Shown: piece after piece, positions 9,580 through 18,921 of the stretch | Layout of the letters: the number at the start of each line of letters is the position of its first letter | Position numbering within the stretch: position 1 is the first letter of the stretch | Assembly (NCBI GenBank): GCA_017889545.1 | Contig: JAGFZV010000007.1 | Span: 82,435-146,434 of the forward strand | Length of the DNA: 64,000 bases | Direction: 5' to 3' | Origin: Bacillota bacterium | Lineage (GTDB): Bacteria > Bacillota > Negativicutes > CTSoil-072 | Translations under genes and position numbers: made by a program | Notes under the pieces: generated by a model | Database searches by the model: none | The model's input: only the letters and a program-made list of their open reading frames with translations | Told to the model about the DNA's origin: nothing

Positions 9580-10461
9580 TTAATCGCTGTTCTCAGGCAA
9601 ACAAGCCAACAATTCATCTCTTCTCATTTTCGCATTATGGAAAAAAGCATGTACGGCCTGACGGTCTCCTCTACGAATTTTTTCGTTCAACCCTTGCAGC
9701 ATGATTTGCATCTTCTCTAAACTATCACTGATTGCTTCTTGGTTGGTCATACAAATATCGGCCCACATATCGGCATTGGAGGAGGCAATCCGCGTCGTAT
9801 CGCGAAAACCGCCTCCGGCCAACTGCCGGCCATGACCCGGATCGGGACACTCTTCGAGTAAATTCACCAACGCAGCAGCCGCCAGGTGCGGAACATGACT
9901 GAGAACAGCCGTACACCGGTCATGCGTTCCGGTATCCATGGTAGTGAGGATTGCGCCGGTTGAAGAAATCAGTTCCTCTAATAATGCGATAGCCTGTGAA
10001 GAAGCTTTTGCACCCGACATGAGGATGTACCATTTATTGCGAAAAAGATCTTTATCCGCGGCCGTAATGCCGCTTTTTTCTTTGCCAGCCATCGGATGAC
10101 CGCCAATATAATGAATGTGATTGGGCAATATTTTTGTCAATTCTTCCTGCAAATATTGTTTGGTACTTCCCACATCGGAAAGAATAGCGCCTTGTTTAAG
10201 ATGTGGAGCGATTTTTTCTACCAACGGGACGATTTGCAAAACGGGTGTACACAGAAATACAAGATCCGCATCCCGTACACTGTCACAAACATCCTCGACC
10301 ACAATATCCACGATCTGTAATTTCACAGCTTGTTCTCGGGTCAGCCTGTCCGCATCTGTTCCGGTTACTTGAAGGCAGCCTTTATTATTCTGCCGAAAAG
10401 CCAGCGCCAAAGATCCGCCGATCAAACCTAATCCAATAATGGTGATGTGCAATTTTTTCAT
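9580..10461 (-). CDS. tyrA: Prephenate dehydrogenase
   Basis: GLGLIGGS Rossmann motif, [28 protein letters not shown]. Confidence 0.93.
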   Translation of the reverse strand: MKKLHITIIGLGLIGGSLALAFRQNNKGCLQVTGTDADRLTREQAVKLQIVDIVVEDVCDSVRDADLVFLCTPVLQIVPLVEKIAPHLKQGAILSDVGSTKQYLQEELTKILPNHIHYIGGHPMAGKEKSGITAADKDLFRNKWYILMSGAKASSQAIALLEELISSTGAILTTMDTGTHDRCTAVLSHVPHLAAAALVNLLEECPDPGHGRQLAGGGFRDTTRIASSNADMWADICMTNQEAISDSLEKMQIMLQGLNEKIRRGDRQAVHAFFHNAKMRRDELLACLPENSD

Positions 10462-11474
10462 ACTAATGTTCTTCCCATCACATGGGCAATTGCAGCAAGA
10501 TCTTTCATCAGTAGATTAAACTTTTTCGGAGTTAGTGATTGTTTACCGTCAGATAATGCCACTGCCGGATTAGGATGGACTTCAATCATTAATCCGTCTG
10601 CACCGGCTGCCACAGCAGCCCGCGCCATCGGGCCAACCAACTTCCATACGCCGGTACCATGGCTGGGATCTACAATAACCGGCAAATGGCTAATCATTTT
10701 AATTGCGGCCACTGCGCTTAGATCCAAGGTGTTGCGTGTATAGTCTTCAAAAGTCCTTATTCCGCGTTCACATAAAATGACGTTATAATTTCCTTCATTC
10801 ATAATGTATTCTGCGGCGTTCAGCCATTCATTCAGGGTGGCTGCCATTCCCCGTTTCAGCAGTACTGGCTTATTTATTCTGCCCACTGATTTTAATAATT
10901 GGAAATTTTGCATATTCCGGGCGCCAATTTGCAGAATATCTGCACAATCCGCTACGATTGCAACAGATTGAACGTCCATCACTTCCGTAACAATCTTTAA
11001 TCCTGTTTTTTCGCGGGCTTCAGCTAATAACTCAAGTCCTTTTTCTTCTAATCCCTGGAATGCATAGGGGGACGTCCGCGGTTTAAAAGCACCGCCGCGC
11101 AAAAATTGCGCGCCGCCGGCTTTGACTATCCGCGCTGATTCGAGCAGCTGTTCACGGCTTTCTACCGCGCATGGTCCAGCCATAACTACTAGATTTTCTC
11201 CGCCTATCAGAACTCCGCCTATGTCAATTACCGTATCTTCCTGTTTAAATTCACGCGTAACCAATTTATAACTTTCGGTCACTTCTACAACTTTTTCCAC
11301 ACCATCCATCGCTTCAAGCGGCAATTCCGCCATTAACTTCTTCTCCCCTATCACGCCAATGATCGTTCTCACACGTCCTTCCGACAAATGAACTTTACAA
11401 TTGGCTGCTTCGACCCTATCTATCACTTGCTGCAATTCTTCTTTGCTCGCTTGCGGACTCATCACAATAATCAT
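10458..11474 (-). CDS. aroF: DAHP synthase type I-beta with N-terminal regulatory domain
   Basis: [41 protein letters not shown] motifs; 4-nt overlap with tyrA. Confidence 0.95.
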   Translation of the reverse strand: MIIVMSPQASKEELQQVIDRVEAANCKVHLSEGRVRTIIGVIGEKKLMAELPLEAMDGVEKVVEVTESYKLVTREFKQEDTVIDIGGVLIGGENLVVMAGPCAVESREQLLESARIVKAGGAQFLRGGAFKPRTSPYAFQGLEEKGLELLAEAREKTGLKIVTEVMDVQSVAIVADCADILQIGARNMQNFQLLKSVGRINKPVLLKRGMAATLNEWLNAAEYIMNEGNYNVILCERGIRTFEDYTRNTLDLSAVAAIKMISHLPVIVDPSHGTGVWKLVGPMARAAVAAGADGLMIEVHPNPAVALSDGKQSLTPKKFNLLMKDLAAIAHVMGRTLV

Positions 11475-11554
11475 GTTCTATTCCTCCTGCTTTTTGCTAC
11501 AATTTGCTGAATAACATGCTGGAAATCACAAGTGAGAAACCCGGTCGAGCATAC

Positions 11555-11822
11555 AAAAATCCCGCCCCTGAAATCAGGGACGGGATAGATAAACCCGCGG
11601 TACCACCCTGCTTGCATTGCAAGCCGCTCGTATTTCGGGTACAGAACGTGCACATTCGATACCCTATCCTCTGCTAACGGTGGCAGTCCGGCGCGGTCTA
11701 CTCGACAAGCTTTCAACCTGCTGCTCATGGGTGTATTTCAGCCAGCCCATCTACCGGGTCTCACCCCCCCCCGGCTCTCTGAAAGACGTTTCCGACTTAC
11801 TTATCCCAATCATTGCATTTCC
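11555..11822 (-). ncRNA. T-box riboswitch, Tyr specifier (UAC)
   Basis: Stem I with AGTA, AGAGA and GGTGA motifs; specifier loop GAAA-TAC-A (11733-11735); T-box AGGGTGGTACCGCG (~11596-11609); terminator ATCCCGTCCC..GGGGCGGGAT-TTTT; precedes aroF-tyrA. Confidence 0.92.
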
Positions 11823-11840
11823 TGCTATATTATTGACTCT

Positions 11841-11869
11841 ACTTTAACAAAAGCAAATCCGCCTGTCAA
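11841..11869 (-). promoter_or_regulatory. SigA promoter of the T-box leader
   Basis: TTGACA-N17-TAAAGT with extended -10 TG. Confidence 0.75.
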
Positions 11870-11887
11870 GTAATTTTTCCACCTTAT

Positions 11888-12403
11888 TTAATGGCGGGCG
11901 CATTCGCTGGCTTGACCCTTCATAATCGCCAGACCATGTTCCAATGCTGGCAAGACAACCTCCAAACATTCCTCTACGCCGCGCGGACTTCCCGGCAAAT
12001 TAATAATCAACGTTCGTCCGCGTACGCCGGCTACAGCACGAGACAGCATCGCTCTTGACGTTTTTTCCAAGGATTTTGCTCTAATCGCTTCCGGTATCCC
12101 TGGTACTAAACGGTCAATGACCGCTAACGTAGCCTCAGGCGTAACGTCGCGCGGCCCTAATCCGGTTCCACCGGTCGTCAAAATCAAATCGATACCGCAT
12201 TCGTCAGCCATGCGAACGATTTCCTGACTGATCAATTCCTGCACATCAGGCACCACAGTATATTCCTTCGTTGTCCCAATGTCTTTCAACAGTCGGGCAA
12301 TCGTTTTCCCGCTGATATCCTCCCGCTCGCCTCGCGCCCCTTTATCACTGGCAGTGATAATTCCAATCGTAAACATAGCCATATTATCTTCATTATTATG
12401 CAT
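11888..12403 (-). CDS. mog: Molybdopterin adenylyltransferase (Mog/MoaB family)
   Basis: ITASD, DISG, LTTGGTGLGPRDVTPEAT, MLSRAVAG, INLPGSP motifs. Confidence 0.9.
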   Translation of the reverse strand: MHNNEDNMAMFTIGIITASDKGARGEREDISGKTIARLLKDIGTTKEYTVVPDVQELISQEIVRMADECGIDLILTTGGTGLGPRDVTPEATLAVIDRLVPGIPEAIRAKSLEKTSRAMLSRAVAGVRGRTLIINLPGSPRGVEECLEVVLPALEHGLAIMKGQASECARH

Positions 12404-12419
12404 AAATATTCATACCCTC

Positions 12420-12899
12420 CTACTCGTCCTTGCGGACAAAAGTTCCGCTCTTTCCGCCAGATTTAGCCATTAAGCGGACATATTCAATTGTCATGCTGCG
12501 ATCAACGGCTTTACACATGTCATAAATAGTCAAAGCTGCTGCAGAAACGCCGGTAAGCGCTTCCATTTCCACTCCGGTCTTTCCTGTTGTGCTTACTGTC
12601 GCACGAATTTCTACGGCATTTATCTCGCTATTGATATGAAACTCAATATTAACGCCGGTCAAAAGCAAAGGATGACACATCGGAATCAGATCCCATGTTT
12701 TCTTCGCAGCCATGATCCCACCCACTTGGGCAACTCCCAAAACATCCCCTTTGCCTAATGCTCCTTGTTGTATCAATGCCAAGGTTTCCGGTTTCATGGA
12801 AATTCTTCCTTCGGCAACAGCTTCGCGGACAGTGTCGTCCTTCACTGTAACATCGACCATATGGGCTTTACCTGCTTCGTTAAAATGCGTCAACTTCAT
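12420..12899 (-). CDS. moaC: Cyclic pyranopterin monophosphate synthase
   Basis: [38 protein letters not shown] motifs. Confidence 0.96.
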   Translation of the reverse strand: MKLTHFNEAGKAHMVDVTVKDDTVREAVAEGRISMKPETLALIQQGALGKGDVLGVAQVGGIMAAKKTWDLIPMCHPLLLTGVNIEFHINSEINAVEIRATVSTTGKTGVEMEALTGVSAAALTIYDMCKAVDRSMTIEYVRLMAKSGGKSGTFVRKDE

Positions 12900-12917
12900 A
12901 CGATCTCCCCCTTCAAT

Positions 12918-13148
12918 TTAATATTCAGGCGGATATAAGGCAAGCCGGTCTCCATCTTTTAAACTTTGCTTCAACTGCGAATTTTTCCCGTTGACCGTAA
13001 TGGTCCAGACTTTGGCATGGTCAATTTCCAGTTCCGCAAGCAAGTCTAAGACAGTAATATCATCCAACACATCCACCGTCAAAACTCCGCTTGAACCGTT
13101 CGGCATATGCCGATTTAGTATTCCATGCATACTCACTTCTATTACCAT
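12918..13148 (-). CDS. MoaD/ThiS family ubiquitin-like protein lacking the C-terminal Gly-Gly
   Basis: ~76 aa; TVLDLL..L.I, VNG, LKDGDRLALYPP pattern; ends in PPEY; lies in the Moco operon. Confidence 0.75.
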   Translation of the reverse strand: MVIEVSMHGILNRHMPNGSSGVLTVDVLDDITVLDLLAELEIDHAKVWTITVNGKNSQLKQSLKDGDRLALYPPEY

Positions 13149-13168
13149 GCGCCCGTATCCTTCCCACA

Positions 13169-15106
13169 TCAGCGAGTGATTATTATTTTGCCTGAAGAGG
13201 ATAAATCATACCCCCCCAAACCCTCTACCTCGCGACGAAAATCAGCTGACTTCAATATATTGATGATCAAGCTTAAACGAGGATCATCGGGTAAGAAATT
13301 CAGCAACAGATCGTATTGTTCGTGCGCTATTGGAATAAATTCCAAGCCAAATGCTTTCGCAGCGGCCTGAATACCCATTCCGGCATCAACAACGCCATCA
13401 GAAATCATTGCAGCAACCGCCATATGAGTCCCTGCTTCTTTATCGTACCCAGAAATTTTGTCCGCGCCAACGCCTGCTTTTTTCAGTTGGTAATCCAGAA
13501 GCAGCCTGGTCCCTGAACCACGCTGCCGATTAACAAACTCGACTTCGGGCTGTACCAGATCCTCTAATGTTCGAATATTTTTCGGATTGCCGGGAGCTAC
13601 CATGAGACCTTGTTCCCGCATGGCCAAATGAACTAAATGCCATCGTCCGCCTGCCAAATATTTTTTGACAGCAGAAATATTATATTCGCCGGTATCCGGA
13701 TCAAGGATGTGAACGCCTGCAATATGAGCTTCATTATTGCGGATCGCCATAATTCCTCCCATGCTGCCTACATTCGCACAGGACAGATTTAATCCGGCTT
13801 GCCGCCGGAGAGATACCGACAAAATATCCAGCGACAGATCATGGCTGCCTACCGCCAGCAACGCATCAGTAACCGGCTCCTCGGTCAATAACGTGACGTT
13901 CACCAAAGCGCCTGCCGCTAACCCGGAAACTTCCGCAGGGATTCGAATCACGCCTCGGGCTTTTGTTAATGTGGAAATTAATCCTGCGCCTCTGTTCAAA
14001 GGGGCGGCTACGGTGTGTCCCTGTACATCGCCTAAGGATACTCTAACATATTCTTCAACCCCGATAGGGGAATACACTTGCCGGGCCAATGTCGCTGAAA
14101 TTTGCGGCGGGGAGGGCAGCGGACGCTTTTGCCTTGCATACAACGTATCCCGCAAAAATAATTCTGCAGTTAACATCGCTGAAACAGGATACCCTGGCAG
14201 GCCAATGACCGGTTTCCCCTTGCATATTGCCAATATAACCGGTTTTCCGGGTCGGGTGGCAACTCCATGCACCAATACCTGTCCCAATTCCGCTAACACT
14301 TGCGAGGTAAAATCCTCCGTACCGGCCGATGTCCCGGCGTTTGTCACAACCATATCGCAATGTTCAAGACACTCTTCAACAGCTTGCCGTAAAGACGTAT
14401 GGTCATCGTATACAATTCCATGGCGTTCAGGCAAACCGCCCCAATTGGAAATTTGCGCGGAAAGCATATGTGAATTCACATCCAGGATTTTCCCCGGACT
14501 TAATTCCTTCCATGATGAGACCAGCTCCGTTCCCGTCGGGATGATCGCCACGCGCGGACGGCAAATTACTTCCACTTCATCCAGCCCTGACGCCATTAAA
14601 GCGGCAATATCCGGCGGAGTAATTTTGTGGTTTTCCGGCAAAACCATTTCACCTGCGGCGATGTCCTCGCCAACAATGCGAACGTGCTGCCATGGAGCGG
14701 CGGCAGCTATGATTTCAATCGTTTCACCTTGTTGGTGAGTATCTTCGACCATAATCACTGCATTCGTTCCCGCAGGCAATACGTCACCTGTATCGACAAT
14801 ATAGCATCCGCCGGCAACGAGAGGCGTTCCTGCAGACAATATCGTCAGTTTTATGGGAGCAATTTCCGTAGCGTCAAACGTGTCTTGAGCCCGAACGGCT
14901 ATGCCATCCATTGCCGATCCATTGTAATGAGGCACAGACCGTCCTGCAAAAATACATTTGGCAGATACGCGGTTTAGCGCATCCGGCACAGCGATTATTT
15001 CCGATGGAACGTTTTGAAAATACCCGCAATCTTCTAATTTATTCCACCATAGCTGCACAGCCTTTTCCCGGGGCAAACACTGCAGATATGAATTTACCTT
15101 TCGCAA
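13169..15106 (-). CDS. moeA: MoeA fused to a C-terminal PBP/LysR-type substrate-binding domain
   Basis: SAMDGIA, PTGTEL, GTSAG..D, RPGKP, GLPGYP; C-terminal GSHD, VGSMGG, FVNRQRGSGTR, EQYDL. Confidence 0.9.
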   Translation of the reverse strand: MRKVNSYLQCLPREKAVQLWWNKLEDCGYFQNVPSEIIAVPDALNRVSAKCIFAGRSVPHYNGSAMDGIAVRAQDTFDATEIAPIKLTILSAGTPLVAGGCYIVDTGDVLPAGTNAVIMVEDTHQQGETIEIIAAAAPWQHVRIVGEDIAAGEMVLPENHKITPPDIAALMASGLDEVEVICRPRVAIIPTGTELVSSWKELSPGKILDVNSHMLSAQISNWGGLPERHGIVYDDHTSLRQAVEECLEHCDMVVTNAGTSAGTEDFTSQVLAELGQVLVHGVATRPGKPVILAICKGKPVIGLPGYPVSAMLTAELFLRDTLYARQKRPLPSPPQISATLARQVYSPIGVEEYVRVSLGDVQGHTVAAPLNRGAGLISTLTKARGVIRIPAEVSGLAAGALVNVTLLTEEPVTDALLAVGSHDLSLDILSVSLRRQAGLNLSCANVGSMGGIMAIRNNEAHIAGVHILDPDTGEYNISAVKKYLAGGRWHLVHLAMREQGLMVAPGNPKNIRTLEDLVQPEVEFVNRQRGSGTRLLLDYQLKKAGVGADKISGYDKEAGTHMAVAAMISDGVVDAGMGIQAAAKAFGLEFIPIAHEQYDLLLNFLPDDPRLSLIINILKSADFRREVEGLGGYDLSSSGKIIITR

Positions 15107-15135
15107 AATGGACCCCCCATTCTAAAATTCAGGCA

Positions 15136-16368
15136 TTAAATCAATTCTACTATAACCGGATCACCGGCATACAGCCCGCCACAATCTGTATCGATATGAA
15201 CAATGCCATCGGCCTGCAGCATTGTGCTGATCAAGCCGGATTTCCCCAAGATTGGTTCCGCTTCGTATCCGTCTTGCTTCCATAGTAAGCGAACTCGCAA
15301 AAAGTCGTCCCGCCCAGGCGCCGAAGCAATATTGCGTGAAATGCGAGCCGGAACCGCTCGTCCCCGAAACGATTCACTTCGACCAAGTAATCGTCCGATT
15401 ACCGGTTTGACTAATTGCTCACAAATCGTCATTGCCGATACAGGATGCCCTGGCAATCCAAATACCGGTACCTGACCAATCAAACCATAAATTGTCGGTT
15501 TACCGGGTTTTACTGCAATGCCATGCAACAAAACTCCAGGCGTCCCAAGCTCCGCTATCGCTTGAACAGCATAGTCCCTCGTTCCAACCGAACTGCCGCC
15601 GGATACGAGCACCATATCAGTTTCATTCACAGCTTTCCTCAAGGCCAATAATACCTGCTGATAATCATCGGGAATGATTCCATAACGAATTGTTGAACAG
15701 CCGATCGCTTCCAACATGGCCGCTAATGCGTATGAATTGATATCACGGACTTGTCCGCCTCCCGGCTTCGACCCAATATCAACAACTTCATCACCGGTCG
15801 AAAGGATGCCGATTCGCGGTTGCTTGCGCACAGAAATTTCTGCAAACCCGCACGCCGCCAAAGCGCCGATCTGAGCCACGCCAATTCTCTCGCCTCGATG
15901 AACAATCACCGTTCCTGATTTCATATCTTCCCCTTTGGCAATGACATTTTCACCGGGAGCGACCGGCTTTACCACCAGGACGGTCTTCTCGTCCGGTTTT
16001 TCCGTATATTCAATCATGACAACGGCATCCGCGCCAATTGGCAGCATTCCCCCTGTGGGAATGCTGGCCGCCTGCCCAGGCGCCAAGGTCAGTTCCGTCG
16101 TCCTTCCCATAAAAATTTCGCCAATATTATCCAATACCACAGGGATTCCTTCACCGGCTACAAATAGTTCACTACTGCGCACAGCAAAGCCATCCACCGT
16201 TGACCGGCTAAAAGAAGGAAGATCTTCCTCCATCACATGGTCGTTCGCAATAATTCTTCCTAAGGACTTAGACAATGCTATCTTTTCCGCTTCCAAGACA
16301 TAACCGTCTAAGCTTTTAAACAAAATTTCCTGTGCTTCATTTAAAGCTTTTGCTTTCATAAATTCCAT
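15136..16368 (-). CDS. moeA: Molybdopterin molybdotransferase (gephyrin-like)
   Basis: RSTVDGFAV, TGGMLP.GADAVVMIE, STGDE, SGGSSVG.RD, KPGKP, GLPGHPVS motifs. Confidence 0.93.
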   Translation of the reverse strand: MEFMKAKALNEAQEILFKSLDGYVLEAEKIALSKSLGRIIANDHVMEEDLPSFSRSTVDGFAVRSSELFVAGEGIPVVLDNIGEIFMGRTTELTLAPGQAASIPTGGMLPIGADAVVMIEYTEKPDEKTVLVVKPVAPGENVIAKGEDMKSGTVIVHRGERIGVAQIGALAACGFAEISVRKQPRIGILSTGDEVVDIGSKPGGGQVRDINSYALAAMLEAIGCSTIRYGIIPDDYQQVLLALRKAVNETDMVLVSGGSSVGTRDYAVQAIAELGTPGVLLHGIAVKPGKPTIYGLIGQVPVFGLPGHPVSAMTICEQLVKPVIGRLLGRSESFRGRAVPARISRNIASAPGRDDFLRVRLLWKQDGYEAEPILGKSGLISTMLQADGIVHIDTDCGGLYAGDPVIVELI

Positions 16369-16424
16369 TTTTTCATTCCCCTTATCGCGGGATGTTCTGT
16401 ATTACCAATTGTCTTTCCTAAAGA

Positions 16425-16453
16425 TAGCCCGACTGGTATTGCCAGTCGGGCTA
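16425..16453. terminator. Perfect 12-bp GC-rich hairpin inside the Moco cluster (terminator or mRNA stabiliser)
   Basis: TAGCCCGACTGG-tattg-CCAGTCGGGCTA; only a weak U tail (TCTTT) on the minus strand. Confidence 0.5.
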
Positions 16454-16454
16454 A

Positions 16455-16572
16455 AGCTGTTGAAAAAGGTTAATCTGCGGCGTCACAACTGCGTTTACTT
16501 GCTTACGTACGTTGAGTACGCAACGCATCGCAAGCCTCCTTGTTCCTGGCATCTCAGCCTTTTTGAACAGCT
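16455..16572. mobile_element. MITE-like element, 118 bp
   Basis: Terminal inverted repeats AGCTGTTGAAAAAGG / CCTTTTTGAACAGCT (14/15 match); central CGTAC-gttga-GTACG hairpin; no coding capacity. Confidence 0.68.
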
Positions 16573-16606
16573 CGTTCATTGGTTGAAAAGGTTAATCCGG
16601 AACATT

Positions 16607-17587
16607 TTAACCGCCAATTTGCGACATGCGCCGGTCAACCTCAGAATGCTTGTCAGTCGGACACAAATTATGTCCGGATGGTTTGGCACGAACTGCTTGC
16701 AGAAAAAGCTGCTTGATTTCCTCGTCAGTCGCCCCGGATCGCAACGCTGTTTTTACATCAATTTCTGTATTCGATAATAGGCAGGGCTTAAATTTACCAT
16801 CTGCAGTTAAACGCAATCGGTTGCACTGTCCACAAAAATGTTCTGAAATCGGGGTAATAAACCCAAAACTTCCTAAGGCTCCCGGCAAACGGTAATAGCG
16901 AGCCGGTCCATTGCCCGTATCCAACGCAATCGGCTGCAATAACCCTTTTCCCAGCTTATGAATCCTTTCTTTGACCGCCGCAACGCTGTATCCCCTTCCT
17001 GCCTTGTCGGCGCCAATCGGCATATATTCAATAAAGCGAACAGCAACAGGCAGGCGATAAATTAAATCAACAAAATAGATCAAGTCATCATCCGTAAAAT
17101 GTTCTGACAGGACGACATTGAGCTTCACCGGCGTAAGACCGGCAGCCAACGCATTTTTAATTCCTGATAACGTTTCTTCCAACCGCCCCCGTCTGGTTAT
17201 AAGAGCGAACTTTTCCGGATTGGCCGTATCAAGACTAATATTAACTCGCTGTAATCCCGCCTTCTTCAATTCTTGCGCCATGCCGGACAACAAACTCCCA
17301 TTTGTTGTCATCGACAGATCAGTAATTATATTTAGTGCAGTTAAACGACTGATAAAGCCGGTTATTCCTTTACGAACCAAAGGCTCTCCTCCGGTCAAGC
17401 GGACCTTTCTGACGCCAAGATGACCGACAATACGAATCATACGTAATATTTCTTCGTAAGATAATATTTCCGCATGCGGCAAAGGCGATACGCCTTCATC
17501 CGGCATGCAGTAAGTACAGCGAAAATTGCAACGGTCGGTCACAGATACCCGCAGATAGTCAATAGCCCGGTTAAAGGAATCAATCAT
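16607..17587 (-). CDS. moaA: GTP 3',8-cyclase (radical SAM)
   Basis: YLRVSVTDRCNFRCTYCMP, TGGEP, FCGQCNRLRLT..KPCL, C-terminal MSQIGG. Confidence 0.96.
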   Translation of the reverse strand: MIDSFNRAIDYLRVSVTDRCNFRCTYCMPDEGVSPLPHAEILSYEEILRMIRIVGHLGVRKVRLTGGEPLVRKGITGFISRLTALNIITDLSMTTNGSLLSGMAQELKKAGLQRVNISLDTANPEKFALITRRGRLEETLSGIKNALAAGLTPVKLNVVLSEHFTDDDLIYFVDLIYRLPVAVRFIEYMPIGADKAGRGYSVAAVKERIHKLGKGLLQPIALDTGNGPARYYRLPGALGSFGFITPISEHFCGQCNRLRLTADGKFKPCLLSNTEIDVKTALRSGATDEEIKQLFLQAVRAKPSGHNLCPTDKHSEVDRRMSQIGG

Positions 17588-17599
17588 GCCTATCGTCCT

Positions 17600-18088
17600 C
17601 TACTTTCCCAATACCTTCTTTACCAAAAAATCAGCCATCGGCGCCGGGTCCTCCAAGCTAAAAGTTGGCACATCATCATATAATACAACATCGGAAGCCA
17701 TAGCCAAAAGTTCTGTATTTGCGCAAAGCGGGCTATCGCAAGCAGCTTTTCGGAAAACTTCTATTCGCGTTTTCGCTTCCCGCTTGTAGCCTTCGGTAAA
17801 AATGATGTCCACGCCATCGATATATTGGATAACTTCTTCCAATTTCAATTCTTCATCCACTTTTTTAATCATCGCCATTTTTTGCGGAGAAGAAATACAG
17901 ACCACGTCTGCACCGGCTTGAGCATGACGCCAAGTATCTTTTCCCGGCTTATCAATTTCAAAACCATGAACGTCATGTTTGACGATAGCTACTTTGAAAT
18001 TACGAAGCTTCAATTCTCGGATTAACTTTTCCAAATAAGTTGTTTTTCCGCAATCCGATCTACCAACAAAAGAAATAACCGGAATCAT
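17600..18088 (-). CDS. mobB: Molybdopterin-guanine dinucleotide biosynthesis protein B
   Basis: GRSDCGKTT P-loop, KHDVHGF.ID.PGKD, EGYK. Confidence 0.93.
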   Translation of the reverse strand: MIPVISFVGRSDCGKTTYLEKLIRELKLRNFKVAIVKHDVHGFEIDKPGKDTWRHAQAGADVVCISSPQKMAMIKKVDEELKLEEVIQYIDGVDIIFTEGYKREAKTRIEVFRKAACDSPLCANTELLAMASDVVLYDDVPTFSLEDPAPMADFLVKKVLGK

Positions 18089-18126
18089 AATACCCCTCCA
18101 TATAAAAAATTATAACTTATATAAAA

Positions 18127-18204
18127 ATTCTCCACAAGACCGCTTTGCCCTGCTAAAAAGATCAGAAAACAAAAAATAAAGGGACTCGGGCGTTATGCGC
18201 GAAT
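18127..18204. promoter_or_regulatory. Divergent pair of SigH-type promoter candidates
   Basis: Minus strand AGGG-N17-GAAT (18127-18151) toward mobB; plus strand AGGG-N17-GAAT (18180-18204) toward the hydrolase. Confidence 0.45.
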
Positions 18205-18249
18205 ATTTTACTTAATAATCAGAATAATCTTGTTTGAGGAGGCTTTCTC

Positions 18250-18921
18250 ATGACACAATTGCATTACTATGGACACTCTTGTTTTCAAGTGATTCACAAT
18301 GGCGTAAGTTTGTTATTTGATCCTTTTTTTACGAATAATCCGCTCAACACCGCTAATCCGAAAAAAATCGACTGCAATTTCATCTTAGTATCTCATGCCC
18401 ATGGCGATCACCTGGGAGATACTTTGGATATCGCGCAAAGAAGCAAGGCCGTGGTGATTTCTACTGCCGAAATCGCAAACCTATGTGCACAGCAAGGCTG
18501 CAGTTCACACGCCATGCATCTGGGCGGAAAACACAAATTCGACTTTGGTTCTGTGCGGATCACCCCTGCTTTTCATGGGTCAGGAATTCCCGGCGGGCAT
18601 GCTTGCGGATTTATCGTCGACTTCTTCGGCATCGTTATTTACTTTGCCGGTGACACCGGTTTGTTTGGCGACATGGAACTATTGGGACGTCTGGAAAAAA
18701 TTGATTATGCGCTTCTGCCAATTGGCGATAACTTCACCATGGGACCGGAAGACGCTGCAGAAGCGGCGGGAATGTTAAAACCACGAATCGTGGTTCCTAT
18801 GCATTACAACACTTGGCCGCTCATAGCGCAATCACCGGAAGCATTTAAGTCAGCGGTCGAAAGCCGGTTTAAAATACCGGTTCAAATTGTATCGCCAGGA
18901 ACAAAGCTGACATTAGCATAG
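18250..18921 (+). CDS. UPF0173 family metal-dependent hydrolase (MBL fold)
   Basis: YGHSCF, DPF, SHAHGDH, AFHGS, YFAGDT, LPIGDNFTMG, PMHYNTW motifs. Confidence 0.92.
   Translation: MTQLHYYGHSCFQVIHNGVSLLFDPFFTNNPLNTANPKKIDCNFILVSHAHGDHLGDTLDIAQRSKAVVISTAEIANLCAQQGCSSHAMHLGGKHKFDFGSVRITPAFHGSGIPGGHACGFIVDFFGIVIYFAGDTGLFGDMELLGRLEKIDYALLPIGDNFTMGPEDAAEAAGMLKPRIVVPMHYNTWPLIAQSPEAFKSAVESRFKIPVQIVSPGTKLTLA

Noticed and set aside
11471-11728. 85-aa ORF upstream of aroF (and the opposite-strand ORF 11617-11847)
   Set aside because: Both overlap the Tyr T-box antiterminator, terminator or stem I; no SD or protein-family signal.
11764-11772. G9 homopolymer as a phase-variation tract
   Set aside because: It lies in T-box stem I next to the GGTGA loop and partly pairs with CCCGG; not in a coding region or promoter spacer.
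13737-14738. Long plus-strand ORF (333 aa) and similar shadow ORFs (4740-5324, 28047-28658, 55266-55736)
   Set aside because: They lie antisense to well-supported genes and show no family motifs.
16370-16606. Moco/Wco riboswitch in the moaA-moeA gap
   Set aside because: Expected Moco-RNA conserved elements were not recognisable; the gap is explained by a hairpin plus the TIR-bounded element. An Infernal scan would settle it.
16409-16777. 122-aa plus-strand ORF
   Set aside because: Antisense to moaA and runs through the MITE-like element; composition is not protein-like.
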